From: Octopus sinensis
Lineage: Eukaryota
Reading direction: 5' to 3'
DNA: 64,000 bases
Assembly: GCF_006345805.1 (NCBI RefSeq)
Contig: NC_042999.1
Coordinates: 149,730,001 to 149,794,000, forward strand
Within the stretch, counting starts at the first letter, position 1. Each line of letters opens with the position of its first letter. The notes beneath the pieces were generated by a model, which worked only from the letters and a program-made list of their open reading frames with translations, ran no database searches and had not been told where the DNA came from. Shown piece by piece: positions 20,787-33,207 of the stretch. The translations under genes and the position numbers were made by a program.

Positions 20787-22470
20787 AATTTTGTATACAT
20801 GACACGCACACAGACACACGTTATCATATCAATAACTGTTATCTTAATCATTCTTACGCGGTTGTGTCTCTTTCCATCTAGCATTTACTTGTTCTATTTA
20901 ATTTCTCTTTTGTAACGGCTGTGTGATGTGGTACAAAAGAGCCATTCTCGTTATCTCATATCACATGGTCCTTACAATGGGTTTGCTTCTAATTCCAGGC
21001 TACCAAAAATGTAATTAGGATGCGTATTGTTCCAACAGCTTTAAATACACACCGATAACACTCTGTATACATATATATTCATTCACAGTTATTATTAATT
21101 CATTAACGACAATTCTTGTCACGGAAGACAAGGAAAAGAATTTAGGAATTTGAATTTATAAAATGAACACTGCCACTAGAACAAACGATAAATAAAATAA
21201 GTACATGTGACCTGAATAAATCTAAGAACTGATGTTTAGAATAGAAGTCACTTTTCTTCATTAACATATTTTATGAATTTTTAATAAGTAGCGCAAATAG
21301 TAGTTGTTTCGTTTCAGATCAGTCCTGATCGCGAAGGTCTTTGATCAAAGCAGTTCGTGAAAGTCGAGCAACTTTGTAGAGGCTCATTTGGACAGCGCAG
21401 TTCATGATATACAAAATACGAGATGATCACGGCTAAAGCGTCTTTGAACATAAACAGCCCAGGATGGGGCAAAAAAATACAATAATGTAATTCCCAGTAT
21501 GTCATGTATGCGAGTCGGGGTTTCATTTCCTAATCGAAGCTACCAACACTTACGTAGCGAAGACATAGAACATTTAGAAGCAACAAGAATACTTTGCACA
21601 GCAATAATAATCAAGAGGATGTTATGTTTTCCTATGGAACATTTAACATGCAGTCATTCAGCTTATCAGAAATGGCTTTGTAGTGAAGAAGTTCGTTTCG
21701 GGTTCAATTCCTTTGGACAGGTGTTTCTACATAGCTCGGAGCTGACCAATAAGTCATGAGTGAATTTGGTTGACAGAAACTGTAACGAATTCCATGTGTT
21801 TGTATGTTCGTATTTTTCTTCGTCAATGAATGTGTTCGCTGATTGTAAACAAAGACCTATCTATTCAAACAGACGGTGACCTTTGCAAGAATTTCACCTC
21901 AAAAATATATCCGGGCTCTTTGACATATTGCGCAATCATTGTAAACAAAAGGCTCATTCAAACGGCATTAGCTGCAATTCTCTGCGTAGCGATACCTGGA
22001 CTGTCCACTGTTTAACAGAAAGGAATGAATTATTTAATTGTTTGAGAGTTGACATCAGGAGGGGCATCTGGCCGTAAAAGACTCTACTCCAGTGCATTCT
22101 TGTTTGACGCATGCAAACATGGAAAAGAGGTTGTTAAATCGATAAGGGTGACGTCTCTACCCCGACAAACGTATAAAGAAAAATTGGATAGCAACGTCTT
22201 TACTATCATTTTTGCCTTCAACGCAACAATCTCCCTTACCATCTCTATGGATCTTCCTCGCACCAACGTAAGGATTAACTTTGACTCTTAACGAACCAAC
22301 AAAAATTTATGTTGGAAACGTGAATAGTCTAATTGGTAAAGTACTCGGCTACTAACTGAAAGATCTGCAGTTCATTTCTTGTGACTTTCACTGCATTGTC
22401 TTTCCTAAAGACATTTCATTTTCAACCGCCAAGTATTATTCAACAAGTAGTTTTTCAACAGCCGAGTATT

Positions 22471-22545
22471 ATATTAGGTTGTCCGGAAAGTTCGTGCCGA
22501 TTTATAGTAGCTTACCTTTCGGCTTATTTTAGAACATATTGTTTA
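22471..22545 (+). mobile_element. Solo mariner terminus
   Basis: tattaggttgtccggaaagttcgtgccgattt is a mariner-type TIR; no partner end was found. Confidence 0.5.
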
Positions 22546-22600
22546 TTCTTGGTTTCTTATTATTATTTACTAAGACATCAATGAAACATGGCTTTATTAT

Positions 22601-23127
22601 TACCGTAAATCTGATTGGTTGGTATTGGCGCAATATGTCTCCTATTCGGTTGTGCCAACTTGCCGCGGACAACCGCATTTTCCCCAAAATTTAAAGGTCA
22701 AAATCCCTAGTGCGTTTTATACACGAGGTTAAATTGAAAATTATTTTCTAAGCAATGTTCGAGTCTCTATTTGCTGTCCGGCAATGTTTATTCAGACGCA
22801 TTTTGTGATGTCGGGCGCGAAAATACCTTAGATCATCCATAACTTGCAGTAAGCAACATTTATTAAGCGTTATTACTGTTATTTATTTTCTGCAAACAAA
22901 ATGCACAAAAATGCTACACGTTTGCATTATGTTATATATACAATAATAATAAAGTACGTTACCGTATACATTTTTTCAAATCAAGGACGTTATATAGACC
23001 TCCTTGACTCAAGTTAGAGAAGGGGTGCGTATTATACACAAGGTTTAGGTTTTTTCAGAGGTACAGCCCCCTAAAAATCCCCTGCGTATTATACTCAAGG
23101 GCAGACTATACTCGAGGATTTACGGTA
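22601..23127. mobile_element. Tigger/pogo-like MITE with a disrupted left TIR; a related decayed copy lies at ~61255-61385
   Basis: Left end taccgtaaatc; right end gactatactcgaggatttacggta; TA-bounded. Confidence 0.7.
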
Positions 23128-23813
23128 TTAAAATAGTAAGAATTTTAAAAATATATTTACAATGCTAAGTTTGTACAAAAGAATTTATAAAGAAATCTAG
23201 AAATTGAAAAGTAAACTAAAAAGTTATCTCAAGTAATCTCCCTTTAAATTGTAGATCACACGCCAAAGTAGCACCAATAGTTTTTCCTATTATAATTTTA
23301 TTTTCTCTGGCAGAAATGGTCTAAAGAAGATAATCATACTCTTTCCATAAGTAGCACAGCTATGTAAGTGAAGCATATATGCCTTGACTATGCTTCAAAA
23401 CCAGGTTGTGATTTCGACATTGTCAAGAGTCTTTTATCTTTTACTTGTTTCAATCATTAGTCTGCGGCCATGCTAGGGCACCGCCATGAAGAAATTTTAG
23501 TCGAATAAATCAACCCCAGTACTTATTTTTTAAAGCCTGGTACTTATTCTATCGTTCTCTTTTGCAGAACATACACACACATCTCAAGTCGTTTTCCAAT
23601 AATGATATTGTATTCAACTTGAGATGTTTGTCTTGCCTTAATGTTTGTTGTCCTCTTTAACGATTACATATCCGCTGCATCGGAAATCTGCAATGGCTCC
23701 ATAACTACCGTCTCCACTATAACCTTGGAGCCCTAGTAATCCGTTACAGCGCTTACCTAGCGTACCTAATCGTTCAGATCATTTGAGAACTTAAACCCTC
23801 ACACTTTGTATGC

Positions 23814-23859
<46 letters not shown>

Positions 23860-24589
23860 GAGGGCATTATACATACATGCCAGAAGGCATTATACATACA
23901 TGCCACACGCTAAGAGGGACAATTAGTCATTTCTACCAAAAATATTACTAATCCCACCGAATGCAATTTTTCAAAGTAAGACATTTAAAAAAATATAGAC
24001 CTGTATCACAGTGATTTCATACTTACGTATTCATCAGCAGGCCTGAATGCATTATAAATAAACGACCCTGCCCCGCTTAAGCCGATCAGCTAACTGATCA
24101 ACATCAACGAAGCACATGGGTGAGTTTATATATATATATATATTTACGACGGGTCTCTTTCAGTTTCTGTCTATTAAATCCACTCTCAACACTTTGATCT
24201 ATCCAAAGCTATAGTTGAATTCACTTGCCGAAGTGGGACTGAACCTGGAACCTTGTGGTTGGGAAGCAAGCTTCTTACCACACAGCCACGCAATTTTTAT
24301 GTGTTAATGGCGCTCAACAAAAGGAGAGTAAAAGTCGTTCTTTTCCTTCCAGCTTCGATAATTTCTCCTACTTGCAGCAAAGATGAAAGTTAATTTTTCA
24401 AATATCAGTGATTTTATCTTGAGATGAAAAAAATAGCTTTGATGATGCTTTTTTTCACTTTAAATAACAAGTTATTTCAGGATTCTCTTGGTAGTGAACC
24501 GTAAGAGATTAAACTGGTCTCTTGCTATTTTAGGTTAGATGAGAAAGAATATTAATGTTTTCGTTAATTATAACATTTAAGATAAGACC

Positions 24590-24616
24590 TGTTTGTGTGT
24601 GAGAGAGGAAGGTGGG

Positions 24617-24671
<55 letters not shown>

Positions 24672-24995
24672 GTTTTAACATCAGTCTTTATACATTATTC
24701 CACGGAAGATATGGACGTGTGGTCTGCTCTGATCATAAATAGCCACAAAAGCAGAGAATGACGATGAATTTATTAAAAAATCTCAGTGTAAGAGAACATT
24801 GGGATACCTGTTTATAAATGTAGCATGATTCAGTAAACCTAAGATAGCAGCCGAAGAGAGGGACAGAGAGAGAGCGGGAGAGAGAGAGAGAAAGAAAGAG
24901 AGTGAGAGAAAGAAAGAGAGAGAGAGTGAGAGAAAGAAAGAGAGAGTGAGAGAAAGAAAGAGAGAGAGAGTGTCTGTGTGTGTCTGTGTGTGTAC
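24590..24995. repeat. GA/GAAA-rich microsatellites (24600-24670 and 24855-24995)
   Basis: Seen directly in the sequence. Confidence 0.9.
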
Positions 24996-25315
24996 TAAAA
25001 CGTGATAGATTCTATAATTCACCTCAGTATCTACGGTCAGCTAAAATAGTTGATTCCTTCCGTTCGCAATATTGTCTTTATATTCTGACAGAAGAAGGCA
25101 ATAACAAACAAACGTAAGGATACAGCCAAAGAAAACGGCAAATAAGTGTATATAAGTAAAAAAGTATACTGGGTTATGTCCATGTTTAATAAACATATAC
25201 TTCGTCTCACTGCCAAATTAGACCTCGTGTTTAAATCGCGAGGCTTTCAGCAGCTTGGAATGAATATCGAACTATCTAGTTTCATCTTTCTTAAAGCTCA
25301 TCAGCGATCGCTTAC

Positions 25316-25391
25316 CTTTGCTTTCCAAAATGCTGGCAGAAAGTGCCGATGAACTGGTTACTAAATATATAAACAATATTATGAATTGCAT
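25316..25391 (-). CDS. Candidate signal-peptide exon of an unannotated secreted-protein gene or pseudogene
   Basis: MQFIILFIYLVTSSSALSASILESK, then g|gtaagc (phase-1 donor with strong consensus). Downstream exons were not resolved. Confidence 0.35.
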
Positions 25392-27655
25392 GACTGATTT
25401 GTATGGTGGTACTTTGATAACTAGAGTACCAAATACAGCGTGGGTTATGAATTCATATGAAGTCGTGTATTGATGTGGTTAATAAGTATGGTGTTCAATA
25501 CCTGAATATAGGTATGTGGGTGAGCATCTCTTAAAGAACTGAGATTATTTCAAATTGAAGCAATTTCACATAATCCGTTCAAATAAACGTGAAAGGTATG
25601 AACGTCATAGCAGTGACTTCTTTTAACATCCCCATCCAATGAAACCAAAAGGGTTGTTGGTGATTTAGCAATAATACAGCAGCTACACCTTGGCTCACGT
25701 CTTTTAACAGCACCAGATAATACAGCCACGCTTGAACACCAACCAAACTCATTATTAAATTGTAACAGGATGAAAGGTCTGTAACACTGGTGCATCCCTT
25801 ACATTAAATTATTTGTCGAAGGAAAAGCACATGCGGGCTGAAGACCTCCAAAATGGCATCACTACAAAATATTTCCATGTTCAGCCACTCAAAAACTGCA
25901 CAAGGAAGAGAGGGATTTAAAATACAAGTTTTATGTTTTCTACTCCCACCATTTCCTTGACTCATTCCTTCTATCAAACGCTCGAAACATAATAGGGATA
26001 ATCTAAAAGCTCATAAAGTTTCAGGGCCTAAAACATCTAATTGTGATGAGTATTTCTTAAGCATTCGGCCATGCCACGAAATAGACTTCAACCGGAATCG
26101 GAAACGTTGTTACAGTCTCCGTTGTCCCGGTGAAAGGTGTCAAATACTTTGTATGGTACGAAACAGAAAACGGAATGCTGTGATTTTCATGACTTTCCAA
26201 AATGCATTTTTAGCATATTTGATGTGAATTGAATTTATTTGTAATTCAAAACGGCATTGCAGTCGTGGTGATCAGAAGTTTAACCTTAAATCAGACATTG
26301 TCCTTAGCTAATAAAATATAACCAGTAACTCCGGTAACTGAGCAGTCCAATCTGAGCGATGCTTTTATAGCGACAGCACATTTGGGTTGTTTTATAAGCC
26401 TATATCTGGGTGGGGAGGGCAAGGGCAGGAGTGAGATAGGGGTTGAAACAAACCCATTGGCTGCCTCGGGTGGCACACACTATAGCAACACAACTGAATA
26501 AATCCCGAGGAAATTTCACCTCTTATAAATGTCCTTATATCAGGTATATGCAAATGAGGCGTTTGTTTCTTAAAATAGCAATTTATGTATCATACTTAAT
26601 GCATATACACAGTTGATAGACCAGTTACTGCAGTATTTGTCTTGAGATCTTATAGTGATGCAGCGTTAAAAAACAATAAGTATAAGAGGAAGACGAAAAT
26701 TTATCCCAGCATCGGTCAGGAAGAGAACCAGGTACACTTCAGCACTTTTGGACCTTTTCGAATTTTGTCTTCCTCTGACATTTACTGTATTTTTGACATA
26801 ATACGTCCATACGGGATCTTACATCAGAGCAAATACTGAGGTAGCCGGCCTATCAGCGGTGTGTATACATTAAATATGATACGTGGATGGCTTTCCTGTT
26901 TGTGGATGTTCACAGCATTGTATTATTATGATAAAAATTCCGATTATGTCTTTGATTTTCTTCCGTAGCAAAGATTGTTAAAATTGCAACACTTTTTTTT
27001 TCTGCTGAGGGAAGAGCGAATCCCATGCAAGCCCTCTCTGGGTCAATGAGCTTGATATTGTTAATGCTGTGTTTAAAATTTCAGGTCAACATCGACAAAA
27101 AAAAACATGAAAGAAAATTCCAAGGGGACGATTTCCTGGTGTTCTGTAAAAGAAGAATGAGCAAAAGTAATCGGTACGATACAAAGGCTGGGGGTGTTGG
27201 ACGGGACAAGGGTGACGAGAGATGGAAAGACGTGTGGGTCAGAAAACGTGAGCGGTGGAGATACGTGACCAGCCAGCTCTAAAGGAACAAAAGCCATTAT
27301 AGCAGCGATAAAAAAATATTTTAAAAAAACAATGAAGACTTGTTTCACTGTGTAAAAATTTTCAATTTTGTCTCTAATGTCATTTCATAGTTAAGTTTGC
27401 GTAACACTCGAACAAATGCAGTGACAGGCCGAATAATATCGTAGATGATTATTCATGTTGGCTCTTTAGGACAAAATTGAACTGAAGGAAATTGATCCAT
27501 ATATTATTATTATTATTGTTGTTGTTGTTGTTGTTGTCTTTGCACAGCTTCTAACGCTGGAGATGTACTACGGTGTCAGCTGTTCAGTACTAGTGAACTA
27601 AGGTAACACCCCTTATTATTATTATTATTAATATTATCATCATCATCATCATTTA

Positions 27656-28170
27656 TTCACTTAAACCTCTCCCGATTTATCTATGTCTATATCTCATCTC
27701 AGCTCCATCCTGCAGCAACACTTTCCTCAACACATGAGTTGTTCCATATATTGCGGCCATCTGAACACTTCCTAAAAAGTTTGGTATTTGCTGCTTTTGA
27801 TGCCAGAGTATTTCTCTCTTTGAGATGGTCCCAAATGCACCGATCACAACAGGTACCACATTCACTTTTGAGGCGCTATAGATTCTTTTCACTTCCAATT
27901 CTAGGTCTTGGTGCTTCCCGACTTTTCCATCCTCTGTCATAACAGGTTTTTGGTCCGCATGTATAGCTACGTCGATGCAGGTCCATTCTGTGGACTCCTT
28001 CCGTAAGAGAGGATCGGTTATGTTGCAGCTTCTTGTCTTTGTATATTGGTATATCCCAAGTGAGTTTCACCTGATCATTCTCTGCTACTGGCGAAGGTTG
28101 GTGCTCATACCACTTTCTGGGACATTCCAGCCCATTCTCCTTGCACAATTCCCAGTGTTACTTTATCATG
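27656..28170 (-). mobile_element. R4/Dong-like (restriction-like endonuclease) LINE 3' fragment
   Basis: KWYEHQPSPVAENDQVKLTWDIPIYKDKKLQHNR...QDLELEVKRIY...VVPVVIGAFGTI...GTTHVLRKVL, followed by a (TGA/TAA)n tail at 27613-27655. Confidence 0.8.
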
Positions 28171-28479
28171 GCATTTTTTTTTTTTTACTCCAATTGGGTT
28201 AGTTTTGAGCAACAACTAATTATATGTTTGACTGTGATTATTATTATCAGTATTATCAAGGCGGCGAGCTGGCAGAAACGTTAGCACGCCGGGCAAACTG
28301 CTTAGCGACATTTCCCCGTCTTTACATTCTGCGTTCAAATTCTGCTGAGGTCGACTTCGCCTTTCATACTGTCGGGGTCAATAAATTAAGTACCAATGGA
28401 ACATTGGAGTTGATGTATTCGACTAGTCCTTTCCCAAAAAAATTTCAGGCTTTGTGCCTATAGTAGAAAAGATGATTAT

Positions 28480-28610
28480 TGTTTTATTATAATTATTTCT
28501 CTTTATCACAGGTTTTGTTGGAGCTCCTGGAGTCTTGCATGAATAGAAGGGCTTGCTACCTGCAGCCTGCTGTACCATGCTATCCGTTCTTTTCAGCTAT
28601 CTAATACTTT
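28480..28610 (-). mobile_element. 3' tail of an R4/Dong-like LINE, homologous to 44560-44680
   Basis: cacaggttttgttggagctcctggagtcttgcatg...gctacctgcagcct...cagctatc is shared with 44570-44670. Confidence 0.7.
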
Positions 28611-29316
28611 CCTATTATTACTATTATTTTTATGGGTTTTTCCACGAGTATCCTTTCAAAGCGCCTCCCCCTATTTGGAATTTCAATTGTTATATTTTTG
28701 TTGTTATCTCTGGAATTTTTACACGGTTTTTTTGCAAACGGACAAAACCCTTTGTAACTTTCGTCCTGTGTTTTGTCCCTTTATGTTTTAATTAATTTTT
28801 GCCAGCCCTTGTGGCCAATAAACGAATTAATTATTATTGTTGTTGTTGGGTGGGGAGTTAGCAAAATTGTTAGCACGCCGGACAAAATGCTTAGCGGCAT
28901 TTCGTCTGTCTACATTCTGAGTTCAATATCCGCCGAGGTCGACTTTGTCTTTCATCCTTGCGGGGTCGATTAAATAATTACCAGTTGGGTAGCATTTGTG
29001 CCAAAATTTAAACCCATTAAGAAGTATTTGAACAACAACAACGTTCAACTCCACCTAAGAAAACTAAAAAGCGAAATACAGACCCTGCTGGAGTTTGAAC
29101 TTAGGATGCAAAAATGATACAACTAAACGCAGCACTGCCTATTGTTCGATAGTCTTGTGTTACTGACGACTACCAACATTTACCACAACAGCTAAAATAG
29201 TAGAAAAAAAAGTGAAACATTTATTACAGATGTTCAGACGTCTTGTAATTTTAGTCTTATTTTAGATGACTTATTCCTAGAGTGATTACTAATTGATTAG
29301 ACTTAAATAGAAACAA

Positions 29317-29317
<1 letters not shown>

Positions 29318-29377
<60 letters not shown>

Positions 29378-29395
29378 ATGTATGTATGTATGTAT
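29318..29395. repeat. (GT)n(ATGT)n microsatellite just upstream of the Ly6-like gene
   Basis: Seen directly in the sequence. Confidence 0.95.
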
Positions 29396-29606
29396 CTGAT
29401 GAAAACAAAGGAAGCGACTGACAAATAATAGTACTTTCTTTTTATGGCATGTCAACGCATTAAACAAGAATAGCTGTGCAGGTAAGGAAGCGATTAACTC
29501 AGAATAACAGGACACGTGACTATGTCGAATGGGTGAAACCTTTTTAAAGAGTCGCTTGTAAATAAACTTCAACAGACTAACAACAAACAAGCTGACAGAT
29601 ACAAGC

Positions 29607-29667
29607 ATGGAGGTTTCGTGTATGAATTTGATTTTTGCTGCTATTGTCACATTATGCCTTCCACAAG
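29607..29667 (+). CDS. Ly6/uPAR (three-finger, Quiver/Sleepless-like) GPI protein, exon 1 (signal peptide)
   Basis: MEVSCMNLIFAAIVTLCLPQ, then g|gtaagc. The phase-1 donor is compatible with exon 2. The link spans a 14-kb intron and is inferred. Confidence 0.7.
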
Positions 29668-31112
29668 GTAAGCTTTAGAAATACAAGTTATTAGTTTCAC
29701 TTCGCAGTTAACTATATTATTTAACCGGTACATATAGGGTCCGTGAGTGCTTTATTGTTTTATATAATTAGTGATTTGTTTGGGAGCCCATAGTTTTTGT
29801 TCTTTTGTTATGCATTAATTACTCTAGCTTTTATTTTTTTAAAACTTTTAATCGGGGTAAAGGCAGTGTCTATGACCCCTTATAGGGCCCACGAGACTAA
29901 TATGCGATGGGAAAAGGTGTTCCTGAACCGGAGACCTTAGTCGGAATGTTAGCAATAGAATGAAATTCCCTGAAAGGACCCTAGAACCAGATAGGCCGTT
30001 AAACCAGGTGATTGATTAAGGCTACCAATCGAATAAAGCTGTGATAAGATTTGAACTCAGAACGCAAAGAACTAGGGCAGTTACCGCAAGATATCCGACC
30101 CGACGCTTTTATAGCTCTACCAATCCACCGTCCTCAATTGGTACTTTTCTTTTTGTTGCTTTTTTTTTTATCGATCCCGAAAATGAAGAAGTTCATCCCG
30201 GCAGTATTAGGATCCAGAGCTCAGTGAATCGGAACAAATAACGCAATACACTCGCTCTTTCCGACGCTCTAACAATTCTACCAATCCGTCGCATAAAAGA
30301 TATCATTAAAAAGGAATAATTTAATTTACAAAATATTTGTAATTTCAAGTCCTAAGAGGTTGTTCCCCTTTGGGGCTGGGTATAAGCATTGTCTTCATTT
30401 TAAAGTCCTAACTAATAAATTGTTTTTAAAAATGATATTCAAGCTTCCGAACTTTTTAGTGAAGTTTTCTGCAAAGTTTATTTTAAATTGAAATCTGCAT
30501 TTTAGTACTTGGAGTATTTTGTTTTTGTAAGATAACTGTCTTCCGACATTATATACCTTACAATTTACGTTAAGTTTATGTGTTTCGCAACGATATGACT
30601 AAAGTGAATTGTTTCCGACTGGAAATCGAACTCTTATTCTAAGGTCACTTACAACACTCTAGATTGGAAATATTGCGTGTATAATGATATTTAAGATTCT
30701 CCGAGATAAACTGATATCCTTATTGGTATCAAAATGAAAAGATCCTAGTTATTTTCCAGAGAACCAATGCAGCGTGAGTTATTAATGAATAAACGGGCAC
30801 TTATTTATATGTGTTTAATCTCGTAATATTTGATTCCATAACGGATTTTTAGGCAGCTTGGAATGTGAATCGAACCAACCAGTTTTATTGTCATTCACTT
30901 CTCCCTCCAAAACTACTGGCGATGGTAGCCGAAAGCAACTTACACAACTCATTTATAGAAAGGTTGACGACTCAGAAATAATTACTAGTTGTTATATAAC
31001 TCTGGGGTCAACCCTGAATCAACAGACCTTATGATCAATGGTATTTTAGCCATAATCGACCCGTACCTTTTTTTGTTTTTTGTGGAGGGTATACAGAACT
31101 ACATTATCTAAT

Positions 31113-31517
31113 GCAGTTGTTCTCAACCGGGTTCCGTTTGGCTCTTGTGGAGTGAGGGTCCAAATAAGATTTTTGTTGTTAAAATTTATCCGTAATTTTT
31201 TTTTTTTTTTTTTTATCGAGACATCATCCAGTCGGGCTGATTGCTCAGGCCAGCCTAACTATCTCTCTCCACCCCTCCCGATCTTCCATTAGTGTTTCTA
31301 GGTCTTCAACTTAGCATCCAACATCTTCTGCAAGCTGTTGTATATATGTCTTCCGTGGTCTTCCAGCCGCTATGGTACCATGATTTGGTGTCACTTTAAT
31401 GCTTAATTATAAAAATGTGATTTTTTTTTAAACATGGAATGGCTAGGAGGGTCCATCGGAGTAAAATAAGAACCAAAGGGATCCATGGGTTAAGAAAAAA
31501 TGGTTGAGAAGAACCGA
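31113..31517. mobile_element. Decayed hAT/Charlie-like MITE; a partial relative lies at ~14148-14350
   Basis: Left cagttgttctcaaccgg; right ggttgagaagaaccg. Confidence 0.45.
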
Positions 31518-32468
31518 TTTAATGTGTATTCTTTCCTTTTTGAGACTGCCGTATTTCTAAGGGAGATTTGTTTGCTATTTCTAGCATATCAAAATAATAC
31601 ATCGTGTATTCTGAATAAATACACAGTCCTATCACATTGGGGAATATTATACTTACTTCACTCTTAAGTCAATAGAAAACTGAAGATTCTAACTCGTTTA
31701 TCTGTGGATTCCAGCTAACCTTATGGTACACACCATTTGTCATTCAAACATTATTGAGTAAGTTAATAAACGCTAGTTGCAGGCACAACCGAAAGTGAAT
31801 GAACCTATATATACAAAACCTAGATAGGTATATCTTGTTTGGTTGTCAGTTATATGATACAGTAAAATTTTAGTTTATAATTTTTTTTTTTTCTCGAAAC
31901 TAATTTGCATATATGTTTTGACGATCGACTTTATGGGAAACACAAAAGTTCGATCGGTGTTAAGCTCATTTCGGAATTCCTTGTTCCAGACTGTGTTGCC
32001 CAAATGATTCAAAGCCTTGCTTTATGTAAACGCCCTTCTCTCTCTCTTCCGCTCCTTTTTTTTCTTCTTTTCTTATTTCCTGCATGAACACAATGTGGGT
32101 GACAAGACTAGGAGTGGTGAATGAGCTGAAAGTATCTTAGTAATGGTGTTACGAAAACAGCCAGCTCTCGGCATAGCAAGAGTGTACTGCCCGGAGCAAC
32201 CCTTGAGTTTGCCGACACCAGGCTTATATAGCTGACCCCAAAATATTGCCTGAGGCGAACTCTCCCTCTCGCTCTGCCTAGCTACTCTACTATTGAGAGC
32301 AGAGGCTAGTGTGGTTAAAGTAGAAGAGATACAGGAAGGTGACAGCACGTATGAGCCTGGAGCATAAGGGCGAGTGACTTCATGCTAATCAGTTAAGGGA
32401 TTTTCTTTCAGAGCAATTTTGTGTATGTGTATGCGCGCACGTGTGCGTGCTAATAGCACCGCCCAAGA

Positions 32469-32892
32469 TGTAGGAAGTACTGGTCTATTTCTATTTTATT
32501 ACCCACAATGGGGCTAAACAGAGGGGACAAACAAGGACAGACAAAGGTATTAAGTCGATTACATCGACCCCAGTGCGTAACTAGTACTTATTTAATCGAC
32601 CCCGAAAGGATGAAAGGCAAAGTCGACCTCAGAACGTAGCGGCAGACGAAATATCTATTTCTTTACTACCCACAAGGGGCTAAACATAGAGAGGACAAAC
32701 AAGGACAGACACACAGATTAAGTCGATTATATCGACCCCAATGCGTAACTGGTACTTATTTCATCGACCCCAAAAGGATGAAAGGTAAAGTCGACCTCGG
32801 CTGAATTTGAACCCAGAACCACAAAGCATTACGCCCGGCGTGCTAACGTTTCTGCCAGCTCGCCGCCATTGTAGGAAGTAGTGGTCTATTTC
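32469..32892 (-). mobile_element. Dimeric SINE family A with 23-bp TSD
   Basis: tgtaggaagta(c/g)tggtctatttc at 32469-32491 and 32870-32892. The internal junction is gaaatag|atatttcgtctgccgctacg in SINE sense. Confidence 0.85.
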
Positions 32893-33062
32893 GGGTCTCT
32901 GAGCTCTGTAGAGAGTCTGCAATTATTGATGTTGTGTAAGTCCAGGTCGAATCTAACCAGGCAGGTTCTATAGTACGCAAGTAATCGGCCAACCGACGAG
33001 CGCGACTCCATAGGCTTGTAATGGTGAATCGAAACCGAATGCTTGGATATGCTATCAGATAT

Positions 33063-33184
33063 CACGTGCAAACTGCCATAGTTTCACGTGATTGGTTTCC
33101 TAACCGACCAATCAGCGTGAAGCGATGGCGTAGATAGGGTTTTCTCGAACATTTTAGAATTTTGCTTCCGGTCCCCTATAAAAA
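33063..33184 (+). promoter_or_regulatory. Compact promoter-like motif cluster, probably TE-borne
   Basis: CACGTG at 33063 and 33085, ATTGG at 33091, CCAAT at 33108, TTCCGG at 33166, TATAAAAA at 33177. Confidence 0.4.
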
Positions 33185-33207
33185 CCGTTTGAAATAGTTT
33201 TACCAGC

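Noticed and set aside
21830-22015. 61-aa ORF with DLCKN and a hydrophobic end, superficially like a Ly6 C-terminus
   Set aside because: It lacks the C..C..CN pattern and a splice acceptor, and it overlaps a duplicated non-coding motif.
25092-25113. 22-nt AG...GTAAGG micro-exon candidate on the + strand (another of 14 nt near 30760)
   Set aside because: Neither length is a multiple of three and no gene context supports them; such matches are expected by chance.
26490-26550. Octamer ATGCAAAT and CArG-like strings
   Set aside because: These are isolated short motifs and the CArG matches are imperfect.
26600-27300. Faint resemblance to a piggyBac (PGBD3-like) C-terminus (SKY*, RYD)
   Set aside because: Too few residues match, and there are no catalytic motifs or TTAA ends.
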